A stretch of 63,528 bases of DNA, counting the filler, from Folioceros fuciformis (Eukaryota), in the NCBI GenBank assembly GCA_049999805.1. It is 8 parts of 8 records of this genome, joined end to end, with 100 filler letters (N's around TTAATTAATTAA, not from the genome) between each part and the next. Parts side by side here need not be neighbours in the genome. Positions count along the whole stretch, not along the records: positions 32,876 to 42,779 come from JBNGIO010003893.1; positions 42,880 to 63,528 come from JBNGIO010003894.1; 6 more parts are not named here. One strand, given 5' to 3'. The notes under the pieces were generated by a model that saw only the letters and a list, made by a program, of their open reading frames with translations, did not search any database and was not told the DNA's origin. The position numbers and the translations under genes are program-made. Position 1 is the stretch's first letter; each line of letters opens with the position of its first letter. This document shows positions 38,255 to 49,467 of this stretch, one piece after another.

Positions 38255-39034
38255 TACAATCCACCGAGTCCTTCCTCTGCCGGCGTCCCGCGCAGGCACC
38301 TCACCTCACCTCACCCACTCCCCTGTTCCGGATGCGTCGCCAGAATTCACGATTCCGAGTCCCCTGGCCTCCCATGCACCAGAGACCCAGCATGCAGCTG
38401 ACGCCACACGGCGAAAACGCCGGGATCGCTCACAGGCCTGACAACAGGGGCATTTCCGAGCTCGCTGAAACCGACAAATCAGCAGCCACCAGCGCACCCA
38501 GATTCGATCCGTACTCCTACCGCGTTCCCAGAGCTATGTATCAACACTCACCACCCGACTCACAACGACGGCGGTATATGCCTCAGGACGTGGAAGGAAA
38601 GGCGTTTTCTACACGAGGAGAGCACTAAACTAAAGCAATCCCGATCCCCGCCTGCTCCAAATGGAGCCGCAGCCCAGGCCTGTCCCAGTGGACACCCGCC
38701 TTGCAATTCCACACCACTCCACACCAAACACAAAAGCCTACGATCCACAACAAGCTACTTTAAACTCTCATGTTAAGTGTGGCCCATAGCCACCAAACAG
38801 GAGAGTATGGTTCTGAAACGAGAGGAGGTCGTTTTCTCGTCCCTGTGCGCCTTTCCTAAGGGAATCAACAGGCGCACCGACTCCATTTATTGATCCTGTA
38901 TCATATTACACTCATAGCCATCCAGACTCTCCGGTTCTCGGAATCAAGCATGCTGCTTGCACGTCCTCAGGATCTATTCCACAGTGTAATTAATTTTGAT
39001 TTAAAATTTATATGTCCTGCAGAGTTGGTTATCT

Positions 39035-39106
39035 GCTTCCGTAGCATAGTGGTAGTGCGTTCGCTTCGTAAGCGAAAGGTCGCGAGTTCGATCCTCGCCG
39101 GGAGCT
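39035..39106 (+). tRNA. tRNA-Thr, anticodon CGT
   Basis: Full cloverleaf: GCTTCCG/CGGGAGC acceptor, TTCGC/GCGAA stem with CGT at 39067-39069, TTCGATC T-loop. T-run terminator just downstream. Confidence 0.97.
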
Positions 39107-39678
39107 TTCGTTTTGTCCTTCCTCTCAGTGGCTCAGGACGAGACCGTACAACTTGTCCTCCGTCGATGACCAGGTTGTCTGGTAGCTGGTCGGTGGAACT
39201 CAGCGTGGGGCCATCAGAAGGAGTCAAGGAAAGGCGAAGGACGGAGGCACAGGCCATTTGCTTGCGACGCGGCGATCCGGCCACTGGTGTGGCTCGGGGG
39301 AGATCCAACCTGCGCCTTGCTGGTCGCGTGTCACTGGACCATGACATGGGACAAGTGGGGTATTTGTGTGTGGACGGACGGTTGATAGCGCGCAGTTCCC
39401 GGACATTTCGAGATTCGATTTCCTCAGAATAGAAGAAGGTGGCCCACTGTTCAGGCAAAGGCCTGTGGATGTCAGTGGAAGAAGTGGTGTGCGAGCAGAG
39501 GAATTGAATGGAATTGACAGGACAGGTGGATTTTGGTCCTGGCGGGATGCTGACTGAGAGGAGAGCACGTGGGTTATGATTCTTATGAGGAGGGAAGGTG
39601 TGGGCTTTGACGACGAGGGAGTTTTGGTTCCTGGGCTCGGAATCTCGGACCCGCGCGTGGCTGGCCAGCGTGGCAGGC

Positions 39679-42168
39679 ATGGCCAGCATGTCACTGCCCC
39701 TGGCATGTCGGAAAGGGCTGGCGATGGGAGCAGGGATGGAGGTCACGTCCATGTGCAGGGCCAGGACGTTGGGATTAGAGTGTAGGGCTGCTGCGTGTGG
39801 GTTGCGGGTGACCTGGAGGGGGCGGCCTGGGAGCGGGTCACGCGGGCATGGGGGCTGGAAAGGGAGTTGTGGCAGGGCTTTGGGTTGCGGTGTGCAGGCC
39901 AAGGAGGGGGAGGCTCGTGTGCGATGGAGCGGAGGGAAGAGGATTCTGGTGGGTGGTTCGGGTTCTGGTGCATGAGTATGTGCATTGTGGGTGATCGGAT
40001 ATTGAGATGGGGATTATGTGCAGATCAGCACTGGCGATGTCATGGGGGATATACATGGGGCAGCTCTGGTGACGGAAGTCCTGGAGCAGGGTCGAGAGGC
40101 AGGAGAGAACGTGGAGGTGTACGCTCTTGGAGGCCAGCGCATGAAGGCTGCTGGAGCTGTGCTCATTGGTGCGTGATGTGTGTGATGCGAACCAGACTAG
40201 CGTACCTTTCATTTCATGGCCTTAGCAGATGAGCTGATACTGTGACCTTGTGATGTGCAGGAGACAACACAGGGCTCAGCTCGATCGGCCTTGTCGAAGC
40301 CCTGCCACTGGTTGTGCCTACTCTTCGCTTGCAAGTGGCTGTCCGGGCATTTTTGGAGAGTCATCCGCCGGATGTTGTGGTGGGTTTGTCAGCAGGTGTG
40401 CTTTTGGTCTGCTCTGTGTTCATGCTGCAGTTTCAGGCCATGCATTTGCTTACGCCGGTCCATGGCATCAATCAGGTGTTGATCGACTACCCCGGCGTGA
40501 ACATACCGTTCGGAAAGTATGTGAAGAGCAAATTTGGTAATCCTAACTTTGTAGTCTCTTTGAGGAAGACGTGTGGAGTACTGCTGGTTTTGTGAAGTGG
40601 TGGGAACAGAGCATGGCTCCTTGCTGTGTCGTTTTACGCCTCACAGCTTGTCAGGTGATCTACTACATCCCCCCAAATGAATGGCTGTGGAATACTTCAC
40701 GGACTGCAGATATCGTTCACATGAGTGATATGATCTTGGCAGTTTACAAAGGAGAGGTAAGTTCTGCAAAAGATCCTTTCACATTGTCGATACCTCAGCC
40801 CCCAAACTCCAAGGTCACACGATGTGATCCGTCATGTGGTGTGGGTAGTCGGGAAGTCATGTCATCACACTGGCTTAAGCAGGCAGAGTATTATGCCAAG
40901 GAAGGTGGTTGCGTCATCGAAGTCGGTCACCCTCTGGTTGATCTCAAATCGATGCAGCTGTCAAGAGATGAGGCAGGTCCCTCAAATTTCTAGGCTTGAT
41001 CCTCCAGGATTTCTCAGAGAATGTCAGCGCTGGGTCATTTCAGCTTCGCCGCCAAGTACTTTCTGGTGAGTTGCCTGTCTGCCAACAGTTCACACCTGTC
41101 CTACGTTGTGTGGACAGGCTCGTAACAAGCTTGGAATACCGGCCGGGGACATCGTAGTAGCTTTGATACCAGCTTCTCGTACACAGGAGCTGAGGCATGT
41201 GTGGCCTGTGATTGCTGATGCCGCTTCTCAGTTACTGGGTTCCTTCCGCTCTTCGGGTAGTGCAAGGTGATGGTCCTGCTTTTTCTTCGTCGGTTTAGGT
41301 TTTCTGTCTGGCATTGTAAAGCACCTCCCGGCCAGGCGGATGGATGACTCGTGCTGATCATTGCCTTGTTGGCACTGCAGTCTCTCTAAAGCCAATGTAA
41401 GGTTTGTTATCCCAGTTGCACTCCCAAATCAACGTCATCGGCTGGAGGAAGTTCTGGACGCAAGTGGATTGAAGGACTGCGCTCAGCTTTGGCATGTAAG
41501 CTTACGCCAACAAAACTTTAATAAACCAAGAACCTGTAACGGTTCTCCGTTCTTACGACTGAAGCTCCATTTCTCCAATGTTGAAGTGAAGAGGAGCTTT
41601 GTGTGCAGGAAGACTCGCACGTAGTGCTCGCAGCATCAGATTTGGCCATCACGAAGTCCGGAAGCATAAATGTGGAACTGGCCCTTTACAACGTAAGCGA
41701 AGCTGTTCTTTTCGTAGCTTGCCGTCCCGTACGCCGGGTGTGACAAGAGTGACTGACCTCACACGGTGCAACGTCAGGTCCCGCAGGTCGTGGTGTACAA
41801 GATCGACACCGTCACGGCATGGATTGCCAGGAACGTTTTTAGGTTTTCAGTCGAGCACGTCTCGTTGGTCAACCTCATCCTCGGATCCAAGGTACGTGAA
41901 ACTGTCGATGGAGGCATGAGATAACAGCCAGCTTGATCCCTCAAGCTACAACACATCATCGCAGGCTGTCCCGGAGTTCATTCAAGAGGAAGCTGTGGCG
42001 AGCCAGGTTGCTGCCGCAGCAGCTGAGTTGCTCCCGACGCAGGAATCAGGGGTACGGGATCAGGTACTGGTGAACTACGAGAAGCTACGGCTGTTGCTCG
42101 GCGATGGAGGTGCCACAGCCAGAGCTGCCAGAAGCGTGTTCCGAGCGACACAACGTCTCGGTACCTGA
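39679..42168 (+). CDS. lpxB: Lipid-A-disaccharide synthase (GT19), 11 exons, ~486 aa, with transit-peptide-like N-terminus
   Basis: Manual exons 39679-39948, 40024-40168, 40261-40379, 40476-40536, 40647-40756, 40883-40972, 41118-41266, 41381-41495, 41609-41692, 41778-41891, 41965-42168 join in frame (1461 nt). Motifs ISTGDVMGD, LIDYPGVN, YYIPPNEWLW, VGHPLVD, LIPASRTQEL, DLAITKSGS, VPEFIQ. Confidence 0.92.
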
Positions 42169-43129
42169 GAGCATCTCGCTCGGATCACTCCACTGATTTC
42201 AGTCCACCATCTTCTGCCATAGACCTTCAGCTTGCAGAGCTTTCTTGACGGAAGACCGTCTAACGGTTTCACTGACGGACTTTCAGATGGGAATCAGGAT
42301 CCGGTATAGACGGAACTCCTTTCAATCCACTGAGGACGGATATCCGTGGGCCTTCACTGTGCCAACTACGCAGACTCTGGCAGACAAAGGACGGCAACGT
42401 CTCGGGTCTTTGGGCCTTTGGCGATTCTAAGATGAATGATTCGTCTTGAGATTCAACAAAGGATCTTGTGAGTTCAGAAAAGTGACAAGGATCCATGACA
42501 GTATTCCATACATGTCCTATTGAATTGTAGGTTTACAGGAACCCTAAAATGGATAGTTAATAAATTCCTGGTTTAGGTTTAGGGTTAGGGTTAGGCTTTT
42601 GTTAGGTAGATTTTTGTTATTCCACATTGACATTTTGGATGATTTTAAGAGTTGGCATTGGTAGAGACTAGTCCCTGGAGTGTCCTTCTAGATCCCCTTG
42701 GCTTGGCTTTCCAAAGCTTCTTCCTTTCGATTCCGATTCTCTCATCATTTTACAGTAAGGGCTTCCTTCCTTCGCCCATNNNNNNNNNNNNNNNNNNNNN
42801 NNNNNNNNNNNNNNNNNNNNNNNTTAATTAATTAANNNNNNNNNNNNNNNNNNNNNNNNNNNNNNNNNNNNNNNNNNNNATAATATACAATGAATATTTG
42901 GTAACTTTATACATGATGGCCTTACGTGCTATTACTCTCTTTTTGTGATTTTGTTTCCCTCTTCATTTGGGTAGATGGATGTTTTTAATCTTATTTTTTA
43001 ATAAACTCTTTTTATTTTTCAGATGATGTTTTACATCACAAGTACATCTAAGCATTACATCGAGGGCCAATAGCCTAAACATACAATTGTAGGGTTGCTA
43101 TTGTCGATACAAGGTTCCATCTAGCACGT

Positions 43130-43620
43130 TGTTTTGTTGGAGTTACAGCATTGCCATACATGATGTTCTCAATAGTTAGAGAATGTGGGTTTCTTCTATG
43201 TAGGGAGTGTCCATATACTTTGTACAAATGGGGTTTCAATTAGAGTCGACCTTTTTTTTCGTCAACCTTTTTTTTTCACTAGGGGGAATGGGTTTGTGTT
43301 GTTGATATGCTTGTTATGGATCCCATTAGGAATTTGATTTTTTAGGATGTCATCATCAACCCTCCTAGTTAAGCAATCTCCAAGAGGTTGTGCTATTGCC
43401 AAAGTCCATCAGTATTCTCCATTGCAAGACAAACATACTTTCATCCCCTTTGCTCTTGAGACTCGTGGGGCTATGGGCAAGGACTTTTCAAGGTTTATAA
43501 AGATTGCGCCAAGGTTTATCAGAGTCATAGAAATAGTGTTCTCTTCTATACTGTGCAATTCTATACTGTGCAAAGAGCATTGGCCTAAACGATTTTTAAA
43601 ATAAGCCTTTCGTTATTCTA
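43130..43620 (+). pseudogene. Remnant of an RLE-type (CRE-like) non-LTR retrotransposon C-terminus
   Basis: KVHQYSPLQDKHTFIPFALETRGAMGKDFSRFIK resembles the KxxKY..F.P.A.ET.G endonuclease tail. Related text at ~34360-34500 (+) and ~51260-51360 (-). Confidence 0.5.
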
Positions 43621-44769
43621 CGTCATGATATTTTGGAAACACTACATAGTTTTAGGGAACCATATATATATATATATATGAAGTTATTCTTCCTTGTAGA
43701 TGGACTTTCATCTTTTTTTAATTAAAAAAAAACAAAGTTAGTGTATTGCCCTGCACCCAGTGATTATGCACTCCACAAACTTTACTTTGTAGAAGCACGA
43801 ATGTTAATGCACAGTAGAAATATTCCATGCGCTCTAGATGGACATGGAGTGTGACAAGAGAAGATGAGTGGAAAGCTTGCTACCCGCACCATGTCAACAT
43901 GTTGTCTACAGTCGCACTTGCATCTGCGCTGGAAGATAAAAGGACCCTGTGAAAGTATCTGAGAGGCTCCGACCCAGCGTGACAGCAGGCAGACGGGGAT
44001 GAAGAGTTCAAGACCGGATTTCATCCTGAAATGGAATCGGAAGACAGACTTGGCACCTGACGTGCTGCCATATTGTACTTGTGGTAAGCGTTAACGAAAT
44101 CACTTGCCAAGCTAGAGCTTCTATCCATCCACACTCTGTGTGAGCGCTGTCCCGCCGTACAGGTGAAGGGTTTATCAGACAAACAGAGATGCACGTCATA
44201 GCCCATATTAGCGGCTTCAGCGGTCACCCATATTGCTTTGCATGCAGGAACCCAACTTGGATGAGCTGGGGATCTTAGAGATTGTTTGCTTCTTCCTGAG
44301 CACGCTGTCCAGCCAGTGCCTGAAGGACCTGGGGTAATAGTTCTAAGTCGAAGTCTATGTTGTTCGCTGCTATGACAATCGTTCTCAGATCGACAGCCCA
44401 ACTGCACGACTCCCTCTCTTCAGTAGAGCGGGAATGACCCAGTTTGCCCAAATCCCCTATTCGACTGCAACCATTAGCTGACCTTCTCACGTTCAACATC
44501 GAAATCCTTATTCATATTGGCGGAGCAGTCCAACGCCCGCTCGCGGCATGTTCTGGGAACCTTCGTCTTGCACGGTGAGCAACTTGGACCAAGTCACTGC
44601 CATTCCGTTGCAAAGCAAACTGACGTGTGGTGACGAGACGTTTGCAGGGGTGCCGAGCATCAGGACATTCTTAGCCTCGGCGTAAGCAAGCTGTAACTGT
44701 ATGTTCAGAGATCACCATGCTTGAGATGAAACGATAGTTTTGTCCATGTCCATGACATCATAGGCCTTC

Positions 44770-47766
44770 ATGGCTGAAGCATGTGCATCTGTGAGATTCT
44801 TTAGCAGTGGTACCAGCTTGACGCAACGACTCTCTGAGGACAAGGTGCTGGACGTCCTGGTCCGCTTGGACCACCATGGTGGTGTGCCGTCGGTACAGGT
44901 ATACAAGCAGCTGTTGCGGGGCTGCATAAAGAGGAATTCCCTTGCAGAGGCTAAGCTGGTTCATGCACATTTGGTGAGAAATGGGCTGGAGTCTGATCTG
45001 TACTTGATTGAATGTGTTGTAGACACATTAGTGAGGTGCGGGAGCCTTGCAGATGGCTTCCTCGTGTTGCAAAGCCTGTCCCATCGTACTGTTTTTGTTT
45101 GGACTACGATTATATCAGGGTACTGCAGGGCGGGAAAATGGCGGCAGGCCCTGACAGTTTACAGGCAGATGCAAGAGGATGGCGTGCAGCCGAACGACCA
45201 CACCTTTGTCAGCTTACTGAAGGCTTGTGGCAGTTTAGGGGACCTGGAAGAGGGGAAGAGGATTCATGCTGACATTCAGAGGCACTCGAGGGAGTCTCAC
45301 GTGTTTGTGGGTACCACTTTGGTGGATATGTATGCCAAGTGTGGAAGCCTGGCGGATGCACGGCTTGTGTTTGACAAACTGTCTCAACGAGATATAGTGT
45401 CCTGGAATGCTATGATTGCTGGATACTCTCAGCAAGAGCAAGGACATCAAGCTTTTCAGCTCTTTCAGGATATGCAGGAGGCAGGTGTGAGTCCAAATGA
45501 TCGGACGTTTGTCAGTTTGCTGCAAGCATGTGCTTATCTTGCAGAGAAAGAAGCTGGCAGTGTTCTGGATGGCCAGTCTGTCAAGGTTCAGTCATTGCTG
45601 AAGGGAAGACTTGTACATGCTCAACTGGCTAGAAGGGGCTACGAGGCAGATGTCTATGTTTCTAACTCACTGGTCAGTATGTACGCAAGATGTGGGAGCA
45701 TAGCTGATGCCCGACAAATATTTGACAAACTGTCTCAGCGCGATGTAGTGTCGTGGAATGCCATGATTGCAGGCTACGCTCAGCAAGAACAAGGAGACAG
45801 GGCTTTTGACCTTTATGAACAACTGAAAAAGCAAGGTGTCTGTCCAAACGACAGGACCTTTGTCAGCCTTCTTCAAGCACTTGGGAATCTTGCAGATCAG
45901 GCTGGAAACAACTGTTCTCATAGAGAGGCATACAAGACAGCATTACTGGAACAAGGAAAGGAAATTCATGCTGAGGCTGCTCGGAGAGGTTATGAATCAG
46001 ACGTGTTTGTTTCTAACGCTCTTATCAGTATGTATGCTAAGTGTGGTGATGTCAGGCGTGCGGAAGAGGTGTTTGGGAGGTTGTCCACTCGCAATGTGGT
46101 GTCATGGAGTGCAATGCTGGCTGGCTACGCCCAGCAGGGACAAGGAGAGAAGGCTTTCCAACTGTATGAGCAAATGCTGGCACAGGGTGTCAGTCCAGAT
46201 GGTCAGACTTTTGCCAGCACATTCCAGGCATTGGCTACCCTGGCTGATAGAGAAGGGAGGGTTCTTGTGAATGGAAGTCATGTCAAATTGGACTCGCTGC
46301 AGAAGGGAAGGGCAGTACATGCAGAGGCAGCCAAGAGGGGATTTGAATCAAACAGTTTTGTTGGCAATGCTATTCTGAGTATGTATGCCAAATGTAGCAT
46401 AATCAAGGATGCCCGGTACATGTTTGACAATTTGTTGGAGCGCAGTGTGGTGTCTTGGAGTGCAATGCTTGCAGCATATGCTCAGGAGGACTTGGGCGAG
46501 GATGCTTTGGATCTCTTTGGGCAAATGCAAAAGGAAGGTATTACTCCAGATAATTGGACCTTTGTTAGTGCCTCGCAAGCATGTGGTAGCCTGGCAGAAA
46601 AGGAAGAAGGCATTGTTATAGATGCCCAATTGGTGAAAGTTGAATCACTGCGCAAGGGGAGGGTAATACATGCTGAAGCCGTCCAGAGCGGGTATGGAAC
46701 GGATATTTTCCTTGGCAACACTCTTGTTAGTATGTATGCAAAGTGTGGAAGCATCAGAGATGCCGAACAAGAGTTTGACATGTTAGCCCAGAGAGACGTG
46801 GTGTCATGGAATGCAATGCTCGCGGGGTACACTCAGCAGGAGCAAGGTGAGAAGGCTTTGAAGTTGTATGTTCAGATGAAAAGCGAAGATGTCCCACTGG
46901 ATGACATCACCTATGTGTGCGTTCTAGAAGCGTGCAGCAAAGTCGGATCGCTCAACGATTGCCGTTTGATTCACCAAGATGTTGCAAACAGTGCACTCAG
47001 ATGTAGCCATTATGTGGCCACCGCTTTGATTCACTCTTACGGCAAGTGTGGGAGCATGTTAGATGCTCAGGCCCTGTTTGACTCACTGTCTGAGGCGAAT
47101 GCATGGTGCTGGACTGCGCTGATTGCAGGATATGGTCGACAAGGGCAACACGGAACTGTAATCCAACGCTATGAAGCGATGTGTCTAGCTGGTGTAGAGC
47201 CAAATGGGGTGACCTTTCTTTCACTCCTGTCTGCTTGCAGTAACGCGGGGATGGTAGACAAGGGGCTGGAGTACTTCGAGTGCATGACCAGAGAACATGG
47301 CATCAGTCCAGCAATGGAGCACTATGTCTGTTTGGTAGACCTCCTTGCTCGTGCAGGACTCTTTAGCAAGGTAGAAGAGCTGGTTCTGAACATGCCCATG
47401 GAGCCTAACTTGGCAATGTGCCTGTCGTTGCTGGGTGCCTGTCGGAAGCATGGCAATGTAGCGTTTGGCAGACGAGTTTTTGATTGCGCTCGCAGGATAC
47501 ACCCGAACCACGCGGCAGCTTACATACTCATGTCCAATATATACTATCAAGCTGGCATGTGGGACTCCTTGACAGAGATAGAGAGGCTCCGATGGAAAGC
47601 ATGTGCAAGAAAGAAGCCTGGGCAGAGTTGGATCGAGCATGAGCAGGAGGTCCACACTTTTGTTGTAGGGGACATATCCCACCGCGCTCAAGCGATGTTG
47701 TATGCATCTTTGAGAAAAATAAGCTTGCAACTTACAGAAGTGGGCCATGTTTCCACATTCAACTGA
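44770..47766 (+). CDS. PLS-class pentatricopeptide repeat protein with E/E+ tail, probable organellar RNA-editing factor; intronless, 998 aa
   Basis: Repeated VVSWNAMIAGY / TFVSLLQAC / LVSMYAKCGS triplets; HYVCLVDLLARAG; AYILMSNIY; PG box KKPGQSWIE. No HxE/CxxC motif. Confidence 0.95.
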   Translation: MAEACASVRFFSSGTSLTQRLSEDKVLDVLVRLDHHGGVPSVQVYKQLLRGCIKRNSLAEAKLVHAHLVRNGLESDLYLIECVVDTLVRCGSLADGFLVLQSLSHRTVFVWTTIISGYCRAGKWRQALTVYRQMQEDGVQPNDHTFVSLLKACGSLGDLEEGKRIHADIQRHSRESHVFVGTTLVDMYAKCGSLADARLVFDKLSQRDIVSWNAMIAGYSQQEQGHQAFQLFQDMQEAGVSPNDRTFVSLLQACAYLAEKEAGSVLDGQSVKVQSLLKGRLVHAQLARRGYEADVYVSNSLVSMYARCGSIADARQIFDKLSQRDVVSWNAMIAGYAQQEQGDRAFDLYEQLKKQGVCPNDRTFVSLLQALGNLADQAGNNCSHREAYKTALLEQGKEIHAEAARRGYESDVFVSNALISMYAKCGDVRRAEEVFGRLSTRNVVSWSAMLAGYAQQGQGEKAFQLYEQMLAQGVSPDGQTFASTFQALATLADREGRVLVNGSHVKLDSLQKGRAVHAEAAKRGFESNSFVGNAILSMYAKCSIIKDARYMFDNLLERSVVSWSAMLAAYAQEDLGEDALDLFGQMQKEGITPDNWTFVSASQACGSLAEKEEGIVIDAQLVKVESLRKGRVIHAEAVQSGYGTDIFLGNTLVSMYAKCGSIRDAEQEFDMLAQRDVVSWNAMLAGYTQQEQGEKALKLYVQMKSEDVPLDDITYVCVLEACSKVGSLNDCRLIHQDVANSALRCSHYVATALIHSYGKCGSMLDAQALFDSLSEANAWCWTALIAGYGRQGQHGTVIQRYEAMCLAGVEPNGVTFLSLLSACSNAGMVDKGLEYFECMTREHGISPAMEHYVCLVDLLARAGLFSKVEELVLNMPMEPNLAMCLSLLGACRKHGNVAFGRRVFDCARRIHPNHAAAYILMSNIYYQAGMWDSLTEIERLRWKACARKKPGQSWIEHEQEVHTFVVGDISHRAQAMLYASLRKISLQLTEVGHVSTFN

Positions 47767-48078
47767 CCTATAGGAGGATGTAACCTCTCGAGGTCACTTG
47801 AATGTAGGAACATGGCCTACAAAGGACGAGCTCTGGAATCTTGGTGATCCTCATGGGCTCTACAGGATCGTCGTCCTTTTACATAGTTTGTGCAAACTAT
47901 TTTTCGTACAGTTTGTGCAAACTATTTTTCGTACTACTCTTGAGCTTGGAAGGCTTGTCCATCAGCTTGTTCCTTATCCGGATTGAGTGACATGGCGTGG
48001 AAGATTATTCCTCTCACCTCTACAACGTAGAACAACTACCAGGAAGTGGGCAAGGGTGCTACTACGAATCACAAGCTT

Positions 48079-48290
48079 CAGAAGCGTGAAGAACTTGCGA
48101 TGATCGCATCAGGAGCTTGGCACATCCATCTCTCACCTTCAAAATGCCACGCCGACGAGCAGATGCGTCAACAGCTTGCGGTGATTGCATCAGGAACCTG
48201 GCACTTGCATCTTTCCCGTTCAATATGCCACGCAAACGACCAGACGCAGAAACAACTTGCGATGACTGCATGAGGAACGTGGCAATTGAC
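48079..48290 (+). repeat. Diverged 81-bp tandem repeat, ~2.6 copies
   Basis: Units start at 48079, 48160 and 48241. Confidence 0.8.
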
Positions 48291-49467
48291 ACCACGCACG
48301 TTTTTGACCCACACCAGGCAGTTCGTGTGTGAAGACGGAGCAATGACTGCCCATGAGCCACCGACACGGTAATAAAAGACAAAGTATTTACGTAGAATTG
48401 AGCAGCTTGAGGTCCATGGACTTCCTGCCTCACCTAGGCCTTGAAGAAGTTCATAAGAGACTGTCCCTTTGAGTGGTTCCTTTGATCATACCTGCGGTAT
48501 GTCAGGAAACCAAGTACCCTGCAACAATGTCTTCTATGCCCACCAGTACAAACCAACTGGCCTGAGAACTTGAGACAGCATATCAACGGTCTTTCTATCA
48601 TTTTAAATGCATTCGTAGTCAGGCTCCGAGCAAGGCATGCAGCCGCATCTGGGCTGCGAGCAATTCATTCCTGCCACTAGAGCATCAATCTCTGTGTTTC
48701 TGCAGAGCATCAGAGTCCATGAGCTGCAGGGCCAAGGTACTTGTTTGTTCGAACACAGGAAACTCGGCTTAACTTAACCGACACACAACCAGAAGCACGT
48801 GCCACTGGTTTCTCTAGAACGTCATTTTAAAAGTGAATGACTTGCGATTCCGTAGAAGGAGACTAATTTTAGTGGGACTGTGGAGAAAATGTTTCTGTAT
48901 GTTAGGTAGGTCCAACACCTCTGAAAAGTCTTGCGAGTGGATGGCTTTGTCCCTGTGTAGCATAGAAAGGGTCAATGACGAGGCTTCACTGGAAAACATT
49001 GGGGATACTATCGGTCTCCACCACGAAGCAAAAGGCCACCAACTCGTGCAACTAGCAGTATAATTATATATTTTAAAACTATTAATTATCAATCATGACA
49101 TATTTTAACCCTACCACCTGTGGAGGCTCCAGTTCCTCTTGTACACTGCGTTGGAAAAAAGGCGGTAGAGAAAGGTCTTGAACGATGGGCAAAAGCGCTT
49201 GAGATTGGTGTGGAAGAGAGAGACTCTTGGTACATATCTCACAACAATAGTGGGTTATCGAGTCCGTGGATGTAACACGCTCGTATCGGCAAGAACTCAT
49301 TTTCTTCGAAATGGCTTGCCGGCCCTTTCCGTGCCGACGCTTGTTGAGCAAGTCACGACTAGAGTGTTCCTTCTACGGAATACTTGGTAAGTGTCGCGGC
49401 AAGTCCTCCTGAATGGGTGTTGAACATTAGTCTGCTACGGTCACCAGTTGTTGAGAAGCGGATAGCC

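Noticed and set aside
38890-39902. Long ORFs overlapping the tRNA and lpxB exon 1
   Set aside because: Shadow ORFs in GC-rich sequence already explained by the tRNA and lpxB.
42571-42595. TTTAGG/TTAGGG run as an interstitial telomere
   Set aside because: Only about four degenerate units.
44021-44520. Possible small spliced minus-strand gene upstream of the PPR
   Set aside because: Splice-like signals exist, but I could not build a recognisable protein.
48430-49351. Possible minus-strand exons, one ending GQSLMNFFKA* (PIP-box-like)
   Set aside because: No coherent exon chain, and the motif spacing is non-canonical.
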